Source: Candidatus Bathyarchaeia archaeon (lineage in GTDB: Archaea > Thermoproteota > Bathyarchaeia > Bathyarchaeales > Bathycorpusculaceae). Taken from it: 64,000 nucleotides of DNA. This document shows, piece after piece, positions 18,878 through 27,812 of the stretch; position 1 is the stretch's first letter; each line of letters starts with the position of its first letter. The translations under genes were made by a program, and so were the position numbers. The notes beneath the pieces were generated by a model that had not been told where the DNA came from, did not search any database, and worked only from the letters and a program-made list of their open reading frames with translations. Where the stretch lies: contig JAVZMA010000004.1 of NCBI GenBank assembly GCA_038883475.1, forward strand, positions 18,690 through 82,689, written 5' to 3'.

Positions 18878-20746
18878 CTAACCATAGAATTGTGGACGTT
18901 TCGAAAGATGCCTTGGCAATGGAAGCGGCTTGAAGGGTCTGTTCTTCATCAAGTCTTTTATTTCGCTTATTAGCTCTTCAAGCTTCATCTTGCGTATTTT
19001 TCCAGCTTTTCTGTCTCTGACCGGGAGCACTTCTGCCTCTACTTCTTGTTGTCCAACAACAATTATGTAGGGAACCCACTCCATCTCTGCTTCTCTAACC
19101 CTTTTTTGCAGAGTCATCGCCCTATCGTCAATGTCCACACGGATTTGGTTAGCTTCCGTTTTTTCAGCCAATTTTTCCGCGTAGTTAATGTATTTGTCTG
19201 ACATTGGAATTACGCGCACTTGTGCCGGCGAAAGCCATAAGGGAAGCATTGGCGGTTTACCCTTTTCCTGTTCCCTGTAAGCCTTCTCCAGCAACGCATA
19301 AACGCATCTTTCAATCGCCCCGCTTGGAGAGCAGTGAAGAATCAGCGGGTGATGTTTTTCACCCTTTTCATCTACGTAGGTTATGTCGTATCTTTTCGCG
19401 TTTTCCACATCAATCTGGTCTGTTGATAGGGCTGCTGCCTTGTCTTGATTATCCACGAAGTTGAAGTCCCATTTAAGCCTGAAATAGAAGAAGGGTTCCT
19501 TCCACATTTCAACCAAAACTGGTTTGCCGAAAATTTTCACCAGCGAATTCACGAAATCCCTATTTTCTTCGTAAAAGTCTTTTGTGAACCGTATTGCCGC
19601 TTCATAATCGTTCTTGGATAGGCCGATTTCTTCCAACACGTTTATGCACAGTTTAAATCTTGTTATAAACTCTTCCTTTGCCTGTTCAAGGTCTGTGCAG
19701 AAGGCATGGCAATCGGGCATAGTGAAGGCTCTTAAACGTCTTAAGCCGACAACTTCGCCGCTTTTCTCCCTTCTGAAACTGTAACGTGTTAACTCGTAAA
19801 CCCGAAGAGGCATGTGTTTATAGGAGAACTGGGCGTCGTGAACCATGAGGAACTGCCCAAAACACGCGGCGAAACGCAGGAAAAGCTCCTTATCCTCAGA
19901 TTTTAAGAGGTACTGCCTCGCTGGAAAACGGTTTATGTAATCTGCTAGGCTTGGATGTTGAAAATCGTACATGACGGGCGTTTCAACTTCCATGGCGCCG
20001 TACTCTATAACTTTCGCGGTGACAAACTGTTCAAGCAAGGATTTGATTAGTCGCCCTTTAGGATACCAACGGATGTTTCCAGGGTCGCTTCCCGCTTCGT
20101 AGTCGGCTATTTCAAGCCTCTTCATCAAAGGCACGTGGGGAGGCATTTGCTGGCTTGCCCTAACCTTTGAAATCTCGTATTTGGCGAACTTTTCAAGGTT
20201 TTCGTAGCCTTTAAAGTTGAATTCTTGAACTGGAAGCATTTCTCCGTTTGGCTTCAGTATGAACCAGAATGATTCCAGTTTTTCCTCGGCTTTAACCGCT
20301 TCCGAAATTTTTTCCTCGGCTTTCTCTTTTATTTCTGCTGGAAGAATCACACGAGACTGTTCAGCTAGAGGATGCCCCTTTATTGATACAGTGAACTGTT
20401 TGTTCCAGCCGAAAGGCGCGCGGAATGTTTCTATACCCTTCTCTTTCGCGTAGCTTTCCATGGCTTTAACTATTTTTAGGGCTTCTGAGGGTTTTGCCAA
20501 GTTACTGCTTAGATGCGCATATGGATAAATTAAAATGCGGTTAACCTTCAGCTTCTCGAGAAAAGCTTGAACCTCGTCTACGGCTTTTTTTGCTACGTCT
20601 AAATTGTCGCCTTCTTCGACAGCCGTGAACAAGACGACGATTTCTTCTAGGCGATTTTCCTTCTTTTCAGCTTCCTCAGCCATAGCAATCTCTTTTTGGA
20701 TAGGCTTATACTCGATATAATTTGAGTGTAACTGTAATATTCTCAT
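18878..20746 (-). CDS. thrS: threonine--tRNA ligase with archaea-specific N-terminal editing domain
   Basis: 622 aa. MRILQLHSNYIEYKP editing-domain N-terminus, class II core and C-terminal anticodon-binding domain. Confidence 0.9.
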   Translation of the reverse strand: MRILQLHSNYIEYKPIQKEIAMAEEAEKKENRLEEIVVLFTAVEEGDNLDVAKKAVDEVQAFLEKLKVNRILIYPYAHLSSNLAKPSEALKIVKAMESYAKEKGIETFRAPFGWNKQFTVSIKGHPLAEQSRVILPAEIKEKAEEKISEAVKAEEKLESFWFILKPNGEMLPVQEFNFKGYENLEKFAKYEISKVRASQQMPPHVPLMKRLEIADYEAGSDPGNIRWYPKGRLIKSLLEQFVTAKVIEYGAMEVETPVMYDFQHPSLADYINRFPARQYLLKSEDKELFLRFAACFGQFLMVHDAQFSYKHMPLRVYELTRYSFRREKSGEVVGLRRLRAFTMPDCHAFCTDLEQAKEEFITRFKLCINVLEEIGLSKNDYEAAIRFTKDFYEENRDFVNSLVKIFGKPVLVEMWKEPFFYFRLKWDFNFVDNQDKAAALSTDQIDVENAKRYDITYVDEKGEKHHPLILHCSPSGAIERCVYALLEKAYREQEKGKPPMLPLWLSPAQVRVIPMSDKYINYAEKLAEKTEANQIRVDIDDRAMTLQKRVREAEMEWVPYIIVVGQQEVEAEVLPVRDRKAGKIRKMKLEELISEIKDLMKNRPFKPLPLPRHLSKRPQFYG

Positions 20747-20767
20747 GGGCTTTTCCCCTCTTCAATT

Positions 20768-20977
20768 TTAGGCGCTGTACCGCCATTTCTCAAGCATTTT
20801 ATCCTTCTTTGTTTTCTTCTTATACTCTTTATAGTGTTCCTTGCAGAGGTAAGCGCGCCTCTCGCCGCTGCCAACATTTAAGCCAGCAGACCTAACTTTT
20901 TCCGCTGAAAGCGAACGAACAGCGTCGTTTTTGCAGTTGGATACACTACATTTAACGCCTTTGTCAATTTTTCCCAA
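20768..20977 (-). CDS. small basic Cys/His protein (putative zinc-binding), function unknown
   Basis: 69 aa. KCSVSNC...YLCKEHYKEYKKKTKK. Lies between the PfkB kinase and thrS on the same strand, 21 nt from the thrS start. Confidence 0.5.
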   Translation of the reverse strand: MGKIDKGVKCSVSNCKNDAVRSLSAEKVRSAGLNVGSGERRAYLCKEHYKEYKKKTKKDKMLEKWRYSA

Positions 20978-21008
20978 AGCCTTACGCCTCTCTTAATAGG
21001 GATACGCG

Positions 21009-21923
21009 TTATTCCTTAATTTCTTTTCCATAAAGCGCTTTTGCCCTCCCATAAATGTACTGTTTATCGCCGAAAAATGCTGGTCCAGCAGCCTCAACAA
21101 CTAAGGAGGCAACAGCCGAGCCGACACATGCACACCATAAAAAGTCTTTGCCTTTGACTAATTCGGCGAGGAAGCCGCCAATGAAAGCGTCTCCAGCCCC
21201 AGTTGGGTCAACGATTTTCTCTGATTTGTAAGCTGGAATTTGGTTTAGGCTTCCCTCGAAAGACAGCAAAGCGCCTCTTACCCCAAATGTTACAATAACT
21301 GTTTTGACGCCGTAATTGTGAATTGTTTTCATGGCGGATTTAATGTCTGAGGATTTTGTGACTGCTTTAATTTCTGCGGATGAAGACTTGTAAACATCAA
21401 TAAGTTCCAGTATGCGCCCTTCTTTAAGCGAACCATGCGTAACTTTACCGTTATCGCCGAAATTTCGGACAAGCCCCTGCGGGTCAAGGGACAAAATTTC
21501 AGCGTAACCTCTCAGTTTTTCAGCCACATCAAATGTGACTTCGCCAGCTATAGGCGCGATGTGGATGGCTTTGGCTTTTAAAGAACTTGGCAAATCAGCA
21601 ACTGTTATGTTCGGCGCCTTGCTTCTCAAGCGTAAGACACGGTTGGATAAGTTTTTGCTATATTTAAGTTCGAAACTTGTTGTGTCAACGCCCTTAGCTT
21701 TAACAATCCATGAAAGGTCAACGCCTTCATCTTTAAGCCACCAAGAATAGGCTGTTGGAAAATTCTCTCCAACTTTGGAAATTACAGCGGTTTTAGCGTT
21801 TAGGCGTTTTGCTGCGAAGGAAACGTAAGCTGCAGAACCGCCCAAAGTAACAAATGGAATGCGGTTGTCTGACAAGAAGATGTGGTCTATGCATAAATGC
21901 CCAACTGAAACAACATCAAACAC
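21009..21923 (-). CDS. PfkB-family carbohydrate/nucleoside kinase
   Basis: 304 aa. C-terminal DPTGAGDAFIGGFLAE motif. Confidence 0.8.
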   Translation of the reverse strand: MFDVVSVGHLCIDHIFLSDNRIPFVTLGGSAAYVSFAAKRLNAKTAVISKVGENFPTAYSWWLKDEGVDLSWIVKAKGVDTTSFELKYSKNLSNRVLRLRSKAPNITVADLPSSLKAKAIHIAPIAGEVTFDVAEKLRGYAEILSLDPQGLVRNFGDNGKVTHGSLKEGRILELIDVYKSSSAEIKAVTKSSDIKSAMKTIHNYGVKTVIVTFGVRGALLSFEGSLNQIPAYKSEKIVDPTGAGDAFIGGFLAELVKGKDFLWCACVGSAVASLVVEAAGPAFFGDKQYIYGRAKALYGKEIKE

Positions 21924-21925
21924 AC

Positions 21926-22204
21926 TTAATCTAAACTCCTCTGAGAATCGGTCTGCTGAATATCTGATGTCGATGATTTTCTTAACCTTAGTAAATAAGT
22001 TATTCCTATTATCAACGAAATACCAAAGACGATGGCTCCAAGTACAGAAAGGTAAAAGACTAAACGGAATGTTTCAGGTTCTGGATGTTGTTCACCCCTG
22101 TACAAAGCGACACCGACAAGAGACAGAACAAAAACAATTACGAGCAGAATAAAAAGTATCAGATGACGTTTCTTAACTTTGTTTGAAATCATCCTCTTCC
22201 ACAC
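21926..22204 (-). CDS. small two-TM membrane protein
   Basis: 92 aa with two hydrophobic spans. Stop is 2 nt from the PfkB start. No family recognised. Confidence 0.45.
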   Translation of the reverse strand: MWKRMISNKVKKRHLILFILLVIVFVLSLVGVALYRGEQHPEPETFRLVFYLSVLGAIVFGISLIIGITYLLRLRKSSTSDIQQTDSQRSLD

Positions 22205-22337
22205 GTCTAATTAATTTTCTACTTCTGCTTAACTCTTTTCATTTCCCCAACAGTACTGAAAAAAGATGTTTACACAACGACGCAAATGTTCATATTAGGA
22301 CGTGTTTTATCGACGACAAAATGCATCTTCAGTCACA

Positions 22338-22688
22338 TTAAAATTTTGATTGAAGTAGGAGAATTGCTTTTGCTAGGTCTCCTTCGCTTTCCTCTAGGGC
22401 TTTTCTGGCTTCTTCGAGACTTTTGCCCGTTTGGTCAGCCACAAGCCTAACATCCTCTTCAGATATTGTCAGTTTGCGTTCCGTAGCCTTCTCTGTTATT
22501 TTTCCACCTGTTACTTGGAAAATTTTTTGTCCTTGAACATCGAGGATTGCCACTTCTGGCTCTTCTATTGTTATTTCTTTGTTTGCCGTTTTTATTATGA
22601 CTTGTTCCACGTCTGGAACGGCGTCCATGCTCATTCCCATTCGCTGCATCATTCTTCTTGCCTCTCGCGGGCTGATGCGCCTATGCAT
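22338..22688 (-). CDS. nac: nascent polypeptide-associated complex protein (archaeal NAC)
   Basis: 116 aa. NAC domain (V.I......I..P.V......GQ..FQV.G) plus C-terminal UBA-like EEARKALEESEGDLAKAI. Confidence 0.85.
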   Translation of the reverse strand: MHRRISPREARRMMQRMGMSMDAVPDVEQVIIKTANKEITIEEPEVAILDVQGQKIFQVTGGKITEKATERKLTISEEDVRLVADQTGKSLEEARKALEESEGDLAKAILLLQSKF

Positions 22689-22742
22689 AAAATCACTCTC
22701 TCTACGCTCTCACCACAATTACTATTCTAGAACCTCATATAC

Positions 22743-23213
22743 TTAACTTTCTTCTGCGCATCCGCGCCTCACCTTGACGGCGACGCCACAGCGGAAAGCT
22801 TTCATTTCCTCGCCAGACAAAACAGCCCTTCCAACAGCCAAAACATTGCCATCCTCGTCTAAAACGATGACTTCATCCTTTGGGCGAATTTCACAGTCAG
22901 CCCTAACAACATGAGCTGCAAACACATCGCCGCCTTCAGCGATAAATTTTGAAACATCCCTTTGAACAGTGACGAAACACTTTGCATCGCAAGCGTTCTC
23001 GACTATGCGTTTGGCACCGGTGATGCTTAAAGAGAATAAGCCGTCTGTGGGGCGCATTGTGGCAAGTCTCTTTCCATCCAAGTAAACGTAGCGGATTCTC
23101 CCGGTCCTCTTTGAAAACTCGATTTCCACGCTGTCTGGGAAGAGTTTGGCGCCGACCCCCTTTCCAAATTGGTAGTCTGCAACGCTTCTGATACGCCTTA
23201 ACGGATTTTCCAA
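22743..23213 (-). CDS. PUA-domain RNA-binding protein
   Basis: 156 aa. C-terminal PUA pattern (G.DVFA..V......IRPKDEV.V.DE.G...AVG.A..S..EM.). Confidence 0.7.
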   Translation of the reverse strand: MENPLRRIRSVADYQFGKGVGAKLFPDSVEIEFSKRTGRIRYVYLDGKRLATMRPTDGLFSLSITGAKRIVENACDAKCFVTVQRDVSKFIAEGGDVFAAHVVRADCEIRPKDEVIVLDEDGNVLAVGRAVLSGEEMKAFRCGVAVKVRRGCAEES

Positions 23214-23279
23214 GCCTCTGCACCATCAAGTATAAACACAACTAAATAAATAAAAACAGTTTAGGGTGAGTGCCACTAC

Positions 23280-23828
23280 TTGCGATGTGAGGTTTGCGGA
23301 CGCAAAATCCACGGCAAACCGTATCGAGTCCTAATTGAAGGAGCTAAATTGCTAGTTTGCGGCGAATGCTCAAAACATGGAAAAATCATATGGGAAGAAG
23401 AGCCCAAACTAAAACCTTTAACACCGAAACCAAAAGCCGCGCTCCCGCTAACCCAAATACAAAGCAAGAAAACCTCTGCGAATACTGTTGTAGATACAAA
23501 TTTGGAGCTTGTTGAAGATTTCGGCTTGAAAGTGAAGCAAGCGCGAGAAAAGCTTGGACTTTCCCACGAGGAGTTAGGCAAAAGGTTAAACGAGAAAGTA
23601 TCAGTTCTCAAAAAAATCGAAACTGGAAAGATGAAGCCTGACAATGCCTTGGCGACGAAGCTTGAACACGCTTTAAAAATAAAGCTGCTCGTTCCCGCAG
23701 CAGAAGAAAAAATTCCGAAAGCAACAGTCCCTAAACCCGCAAGCCGCGAACTAACATTGGGAGACTTAATCCAACTGAACAAAAAGGATAAGGAGAAGGA
23801 GGAAACAGCGGAACGAAAGCAATCATAG
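23280..23828 (+). CDS. archaeal multiprotein bridging factor 1 (Zn-ribbon + Cro/C1 HTH)
   Basis: N-terminal CEVCG...CGEC zinc ribbon. HTH segment VKQAREKLGLSHEELGKRLNEKVSVLKKIETGK. Confidence 0.8.
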   Translation: MRCEVCGRKIHGKPYRVLIEGAKLLVCGECSKHGKIIWEEEPKLKPLTPKPKAALPLTQIQSKKTSANTVVDTNLELVEDFGLKVKQAREKLGLSHEELGKRLNEKVSVLKKIETGKMKPDNALATKLEHALKIKLLVPAAEEKIPKATVPKPASRELTLGDLIQLNKKDKEKEETAERKQS

Positions 23829-23965
23829 TCCAACGGCGACAACCTTATGAACCCTCAAGTTTAGATGAGCTTCAAAGCTTAGCGGAAGCCGCGGGCTACA
23901 CTGTTGTTGGAAAAATCGAGCAGATTAGAGAGCCAGATTCACGATATCAGATAGGCTCCGGAAAG

Positions 23966-25078
23966 GTGGAAGAGCTCGCAAAGCTTGTAAAGGAAACTGG
24001 CGCCCAAAAAATAATTTTCGATAACCCAATAAAACCAGTTCAATCATACAACCTAGCAAAAGCCACAGGCGTCGAGGTCATAGACCGTTTCCAGCTTATT
24101 CTAGAAATTTTCTCCAAAAGAGCGACCACAACAGAAGCGAAGCTGCAGATTCAACTGGCAAGACTAGGATACGAGTTGGCACATGCAAAAGAGAAGGTTA
24201 GACTTGCAAAGAAAGGCGAACAGCCAGGTTTCATGGGACTCGGCGCCTACGAAGTGGATGTTTATTACGAGGCTGTGAAGAAGCAAGTGCACACTTTACG
24301 GAAAAAATTGAAGCAAATTCGAGCCAAACGGCTTCTACACCGCGAGAGAAGGGCTGAACTGGGCTTTTCATCCATCTCTTTGGCGGGATATACAAACGCT
24401 GGAAAAAGCTCGCTTTTCAACGCCTTAACAGAGGAAGAAGTTCCAGTGGACTCCAGCCTCTTCACAACTCTCTCAACAACAACTAGGCTTGTAAATTTTT
24501 CAAAGAGAAAATTTCTGTTAACAGACACCGTTGGCTTCATAGACCGTTTACCCCTATCCTTGATAGAGGCTTTCCACTCGACGCTTGAAGAAACCATATA
24601 CTCAGACCTAATTCTCTTAGTCGTAGACTTAAGCGAACCCCTAGAAGTTGTCGAAAGAAAACTTTCAGTCTGTCTAGACACAATAGAGCGGATAGGGGCG
24701 GCGGGCGTTCCAATAATAACTGCATTTAACAAAATTGACCTGCTATCAGAAGGGGAAATTCAAGAAAAACTCGAGAAAATTAGGGGTAAGGCGCCAACTC
24801 CAGTTCCAATATCCGCCCTCTACAAAATCAACATAGACACATTAAAAAGCGAAATATTAAAAAGACTGGAAAACTACGTTCGCGCCTCATTTACAGCGCC
24901 GTTAACAAGTGAAACCATGCCTTTCATCTCATGGCTCTTTAACAGAGCAGACGTACATACAGTGAAATACGGGGATGATTCGGTTCATGTGGTTTTCGAG
25001 GCAATCCCATGGTTCGCCGACAAAGTAAAGAAGAAAGTGGAAGAATTCGGCGGAAAATTCGAAAAAATCCAAAAATAA
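23966..25078 (+). CDS. hflX: GTPase HflX (minimum extent; conserved N-terminus continues upstream to about 23822)
   Basis: G1 motif GYTNAGKSSLFNAL, then DTVGF and NKID. The first canonical start is GTG 23966, but HflX-like sequence is in frame upstream (see findings). Confidence 0.85.
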   Translation: MEELAKLVKETGAQKIIFDNPIKPVQSYNLAKATGVEVIDRFQLILEIFSKRATTTEAKLQIQLARLGYELAHAKEKVRLAKKGEQPGFMGLGAYEVDVYYEAVKKQVHTLRKKLKQIRAKRLLHRERRAELGFSSISLAGYTNAGKSSLFNALTEEEVPVDSSLFTTLSTTTRLVNFSKRKFLLTDTVGFIDRLPLSLIEAFHSTLEETIYSDLILLVVDLSEPLEVVERKLSVCLDTIERIGAAGVPIITAFNKIDLLSEGEIQEKLEKIRGKAPTPVPISALYKINIDTLKSEILKRLENYVRASFTAPLTSETMPFISWLFNRADVHTVKYGDDSVHVVFEAIPWFADKVKKKVEEFGGKFEKIQK

Positions 25079-25085
25079 TAGGCGC

Positions 25086-25649
25086 ATGCTAGAAAAGTGG
25101 TCGAAAATGCAAAAAGTAGTCGTCTTAAGATGGGGACACAGACCAAAAAGAGATGCAAGACTAACAACGCATGTTGCCCTAACAGCCCGAGCGCTCGGGG
25201 CTTCAGGCTTTATACTTTCAGACATAAGAGATGAAAAAATAAAGGCGACAGTTGAAAAAGTCGCCAAGAACTGGGGCGGTCCATTTCTTTTTGAAATGGG
25301 TGTTCCATGGGAAAAAGTTGTTAAGGAATGGAAAGCCGATGGTGGAATAGTGGTTCATCTTACAGCCTACGGAGAAAACATCCAAACAAGCGACGTTTTA
25401 CAGAGAATTAAGGCGCTTGGCAAGGACATTTTAGTTATTGTTGGAAGCCAGAAAGTTCCAAAAGAATTCTTCTTAGAAGATGTTTCCGATTTTAACGTGG
25501 CAATTGGAAACCAACCGCATTCAGAATGCTCAAGCCTAGCCGTTTTCTTAGACCGTCTATTTGAGGGAAAAGAGTTGGCAAAGGATTTCGAGTCTGCGCG
25601 AGTTAAGATTATTCCTCAGAAGAGGGGGAAGAGAATAGTTAAATGTTAA
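25086..25649 (+). CDS. tRNA (cytidine56-2'-O)-methyltransferase (aTrm56, SPOUT)
   Basis: VVVLRWGHRPKRDARLTTHVALTARALGA N-terminal block. The likely true start is Met at 25107. Confidence 0.8.
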   Translation: MLEKWSKMQKVVVLRWGHRPKRDARLTTHVALTARALGASGFILSDIRDEKIKATVEKVAKNWGGPFLFEMGVPWEKVVKEWKADGGIVVHLTAYGENIQTSDVLQRIKALGKDILVIVGSQKVPKEFFLEDVSDFNVAIGNQPHSECSSLAVFLDRLFEGKELAKDFESARVKIIPQKRGKRIVKC

Positions 25650-25742
25650 TTTCCGACTCAGACTTCATAAAGAGATTTAAATTAAAGCTGAACTATGATA
25701 TAGTAGAGGAGAACACTGCTTAATAGCTTCAAAGGCAAAAGG

Positions 25743-26261
25743 ATGGATATGTTATCAACAATTGACGATGCAACTTTGACGAAAGTTGCAGAAGCTCTTG
25801 GCGAAGAAGAAGCCATTAAACTAATTGAGATACTCAAAAACTCAGATGAAATAACGGATGATGAAATAGCAAACAAAACTGGTATAAGGCTAAATTCTGT
25901 TCGAAAAATACTCTACAAGCTTTACGACCACTCCCTCGTAAGCCTCAGAAGAACCCGCGACCCGAAAACAGGCTGGTTTGTTTTCCACTGGAAACTGCAG
26001 CCAGACCAGTTTGAAGGTTTTATATTGAGTCAAAAACGTAGGGTTCTAGAGAAACTTAACATTAGACTGGAATACGAGAAAAACCATGATTTTTACTATT
26101 GTTACACGCCGGGATGCAAACGCGTACCTTTTGAAGAAGCCGTGGAACTCGTGTTTAAATGTCCAACATGCGGGAAGCCGCTCATGCATTACGAAAATGA
26201 AAAAATAATCAATGTTTTGACGAAGAAAGTGGAGCAGTTGAGGAAGGAGCTTGGCGAGTGA
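25743..26261 (+). CDS. tfe: transcription factor E (TFE alpha)
   Basis: 172 aa. N-terminal winged helix plus zinc ribbon (CYTPGC...CPTCG). Confidence 0.8.
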   Translation: MDMLSTIDDATLTKVAEALGEEEAIKLIEILKNSDEITDDEIANKTGIRLNSVRKILYKLYDHSLVSLRRTRDPKTGWFVFHWKLQPDQFEGFILSQKRRVLEKLNIRLEYEKNHDFYYCYTPGCKRVPFEEAVELVFKCPTCGKPLMHYENEKIINVLTKKVEQLRKELGE

Positions 26262-26793
26262 AAAACTTCCTTCGAGAGAACAAGCAATACAGTTTCTGCG
26301 TCAAGTGGGTTGCTCAGAAAATGTGGTAAGGCACTGTCAAGCAGTGGCGGAACTAGCACTAGAAATCGCTAAGGCTTGCAAAGAAAGGGGATTAAATGTT
26401 GATTTGGAACTTGTGGAAATAGGTGCGCTTTTACATGATATCGGACGCTCAAAAACTCACACAGTTCACCACGCAATTATTGGAGCCGAAATAGCAGAGT
26501 CCCTAGGCTTGCCGGAACCGCTAATTTCAATAATTAAAACCCATGTAGGCGGCGGAATAACAAACAAAGAAGCGAAGAAACTCGGATGGCCAAAGGATGT
26601 TTACGTTCCAAGAACTCTTGAGGAAAAAATTGTTGCGTATGCGGACAAGCTCATTGAGGGTTCGCATCGAGTTCCAATAGAGCGGACAATAGAAAACTTT
26701 TCTAAGGAACTGCCGCCTCCAGCTGTGATGAGGGTGCGAAGACTGCATGAGGAAATGTCCGCCTTAATCGGAGACTGCCAATGCTTAAAGTAA
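26251..26793 (+). CDS. HD-domain phosphohydrolase
   Basis: H..V...A (HCQAVAELA) and LLHDIGR HD motif. Overlaps the tfe stop by 11 nt. Confidence 0.75.
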   Translation: MASEKLPSREQAIQFLRQVGCSENVVRHCQAVAELALEIAKACKERGLNVDLELVEIGALLHDIGRSKTHTVHHAIIGAEIAESLGLPEPLISIIKTHVGGGITNKEAKKLGWPKDVYVPRTLEEKIVAYADKLIEGSHRVPIERTIENFSKELPPPAVMRVRRLHEEMSALIGDCQCLK

Positions 26794-27551
26794 CCCTTCC
26801 AACAAAAGTCTACAACAATTTCCAAACAGAGATTGTTAACAAATTTTTGAAAAGCATGTTGAAAGGCTTAAATGCTAACGCGAAGGTTGTTGGCGTCACA
26901 TCTAGAGGACTCGTTGAAGCGGCGATTTCAGGTGAAGACGAAAACGTGGCGCTACAATATTTAGAGGATGAAATCGGAGTGTGCCCAGAAAACCTTGACG
27001 CCGTAAAAAAGTTTTCCACATTAAAGGGGCGAATAACTGCTCTGGGCAAAAGCAAAAGCGAAATATACGTTGATGTGGGAGTTCATTCACCAACCATTGT
27101 TGACGCTATAATCCCCTTGCAGCGTTTGCAAGCCCAACTTGCCGATGGAAGAAAAATCGCCCTTAAAAAACTTGTAGAACTCTTCGGCTTCTGCGAAAAC
27201 CTTCCATTAACCATCAAAATCCTAGATGCAGACAAAGACAAAAACCGCATAGAAGCTGCTCTTGCTGAAGAACAACTTAACAAATACAAAGTTTGGACAA
27301 AGTCTCTGTTAGACAGACTAATCGTTTTAGGCTCATCAGAAAGCGAAATTAAACTAGCCTTGAAAGAGATCGGTCTTAAAAGAGACGTGATAGCTGTAGA
27401 AACCCTAGGATTTTTTGAACATGCACTTACATGCAAGTTTGGAACAGACGCCGCTGGACTAATCGCGAAAGTTGGAAGAAAACTTCCCAACACAAGCCTA
27501 ACCATATTCAGCCCAAGAAAACTCATAGAACTACTCGGAAACGTCAATTAA
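26781..27551 (+). CDS. conserved archaeal protein of unknown function (DUF2110-like by recall)
   Basis: 256 aa. Overlaps the HD gene by 13 nt. No catalytic motif recognised. Confidence 0.5.
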   Translation: MLKVTLPTKVYNNFQTEIVNKFLKSMLKGLNANAKVVGVTSRGLVEAAISGEDENVALQYLEDEIGVCPENLDAVKKFSTLKGRITALGKSKSEIYVDVGVHSPTIVDAIIPLQRLQAQLADGRKIALKKLVELFGFCENLPLTIKILDADKDKNRIEAALAEEQLNKYKVWTKSLLDRLIVLGSSESEIKLALKEIGLKRDVIAVETLGFFEHALTCKFGTDAAGLIAKVGRKLPNTSLTIFSPRKLIELLGNVN

Positions 27552-27595
27552 CACAAACTTTTCAGCCGCAAAATCTATACTACTAAAAACTGTAA

Positions 27596-27694
27596 TGGGC
27601 CGGGCCGGACTTGAACCGGCGACCTCAGCCTCGTAAGGGCTGCTTAAGGCTTGCCTTTTAGGCAAGTGTCCTAACCAAGCTAGACGACCGGCCC
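27596..27694 (-). tRNA. tRNA-Val(UAC) with a 24-nt non-canonical intron at the D-arm/anticodon-arm junction
   Basis: Acceptor GGGCCGG/CCGGCCC with A73, no encoded CCA. D-arm GTCT-AGCTTGGTTA-GGAC. T-arm GCCGG-TTCAAGT-CCGGC. Anticodon arm CAGCC-CTTACGA-GGCTG appears once 27644-27667 is removed. Confidence 0.75.
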
Positions 27695-27717
27695 ATTGTT
27701 GATTTAGAACTGTTTTG

Positions 27718-27729
27718 TTTTATTAAAAG
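27718..27729 (-). promoter_or_regulatory. TATA-like box upstream of tRNA-Val
   Basis: Minus strand reads CTTTTAATAAAA, centred about 29 nt upstream of tRNA position 1. Confidence 0.3.
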
Positions 27730-27812
27730 TTTGGTTTTGGAGCAAAAATATTAAGGCGTTTTTGACTATTGTTTGGACATGTAATTTGTTGATGCGATTT
27801 GATGGTGGAAAA

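Noticed and set aside
23778-23791. Possible -1 frameshift at the A-rich run (C AAA AAG) that would fuse aMBF1 to HflX.
   Set aside because: The -1 frame hits TAA at 23789-23791 right after the run, so no fusion product is possible. The heptamer is also not a canonical X XXY YYZ site.
23276-23842. 188-aa ORF antisense to the aMBF1 gene.
   Set aside because: It is a Ser/Phe/Leu-rich low-complexity translation that exactly shadows a well-supported gene on the other strand, which is a typical mirror-frame artefact.
27643-27667. Reading the first hairpin of the tRNA-Val gene (CTTGC-CTAAAAG-GCAAG) as the anticodon arm, giving anticodon AAA or a long variable arm.
   Set aside because: An AAA (Phe) anticodon is not expected in archaea. 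The hairpin folds better as 6 bp plus a 5-nt loop. The second hairpin gives a proper 5-bp/7-nt arm with U33 and a purine at 37, directly followed by the AGGTC variable region.
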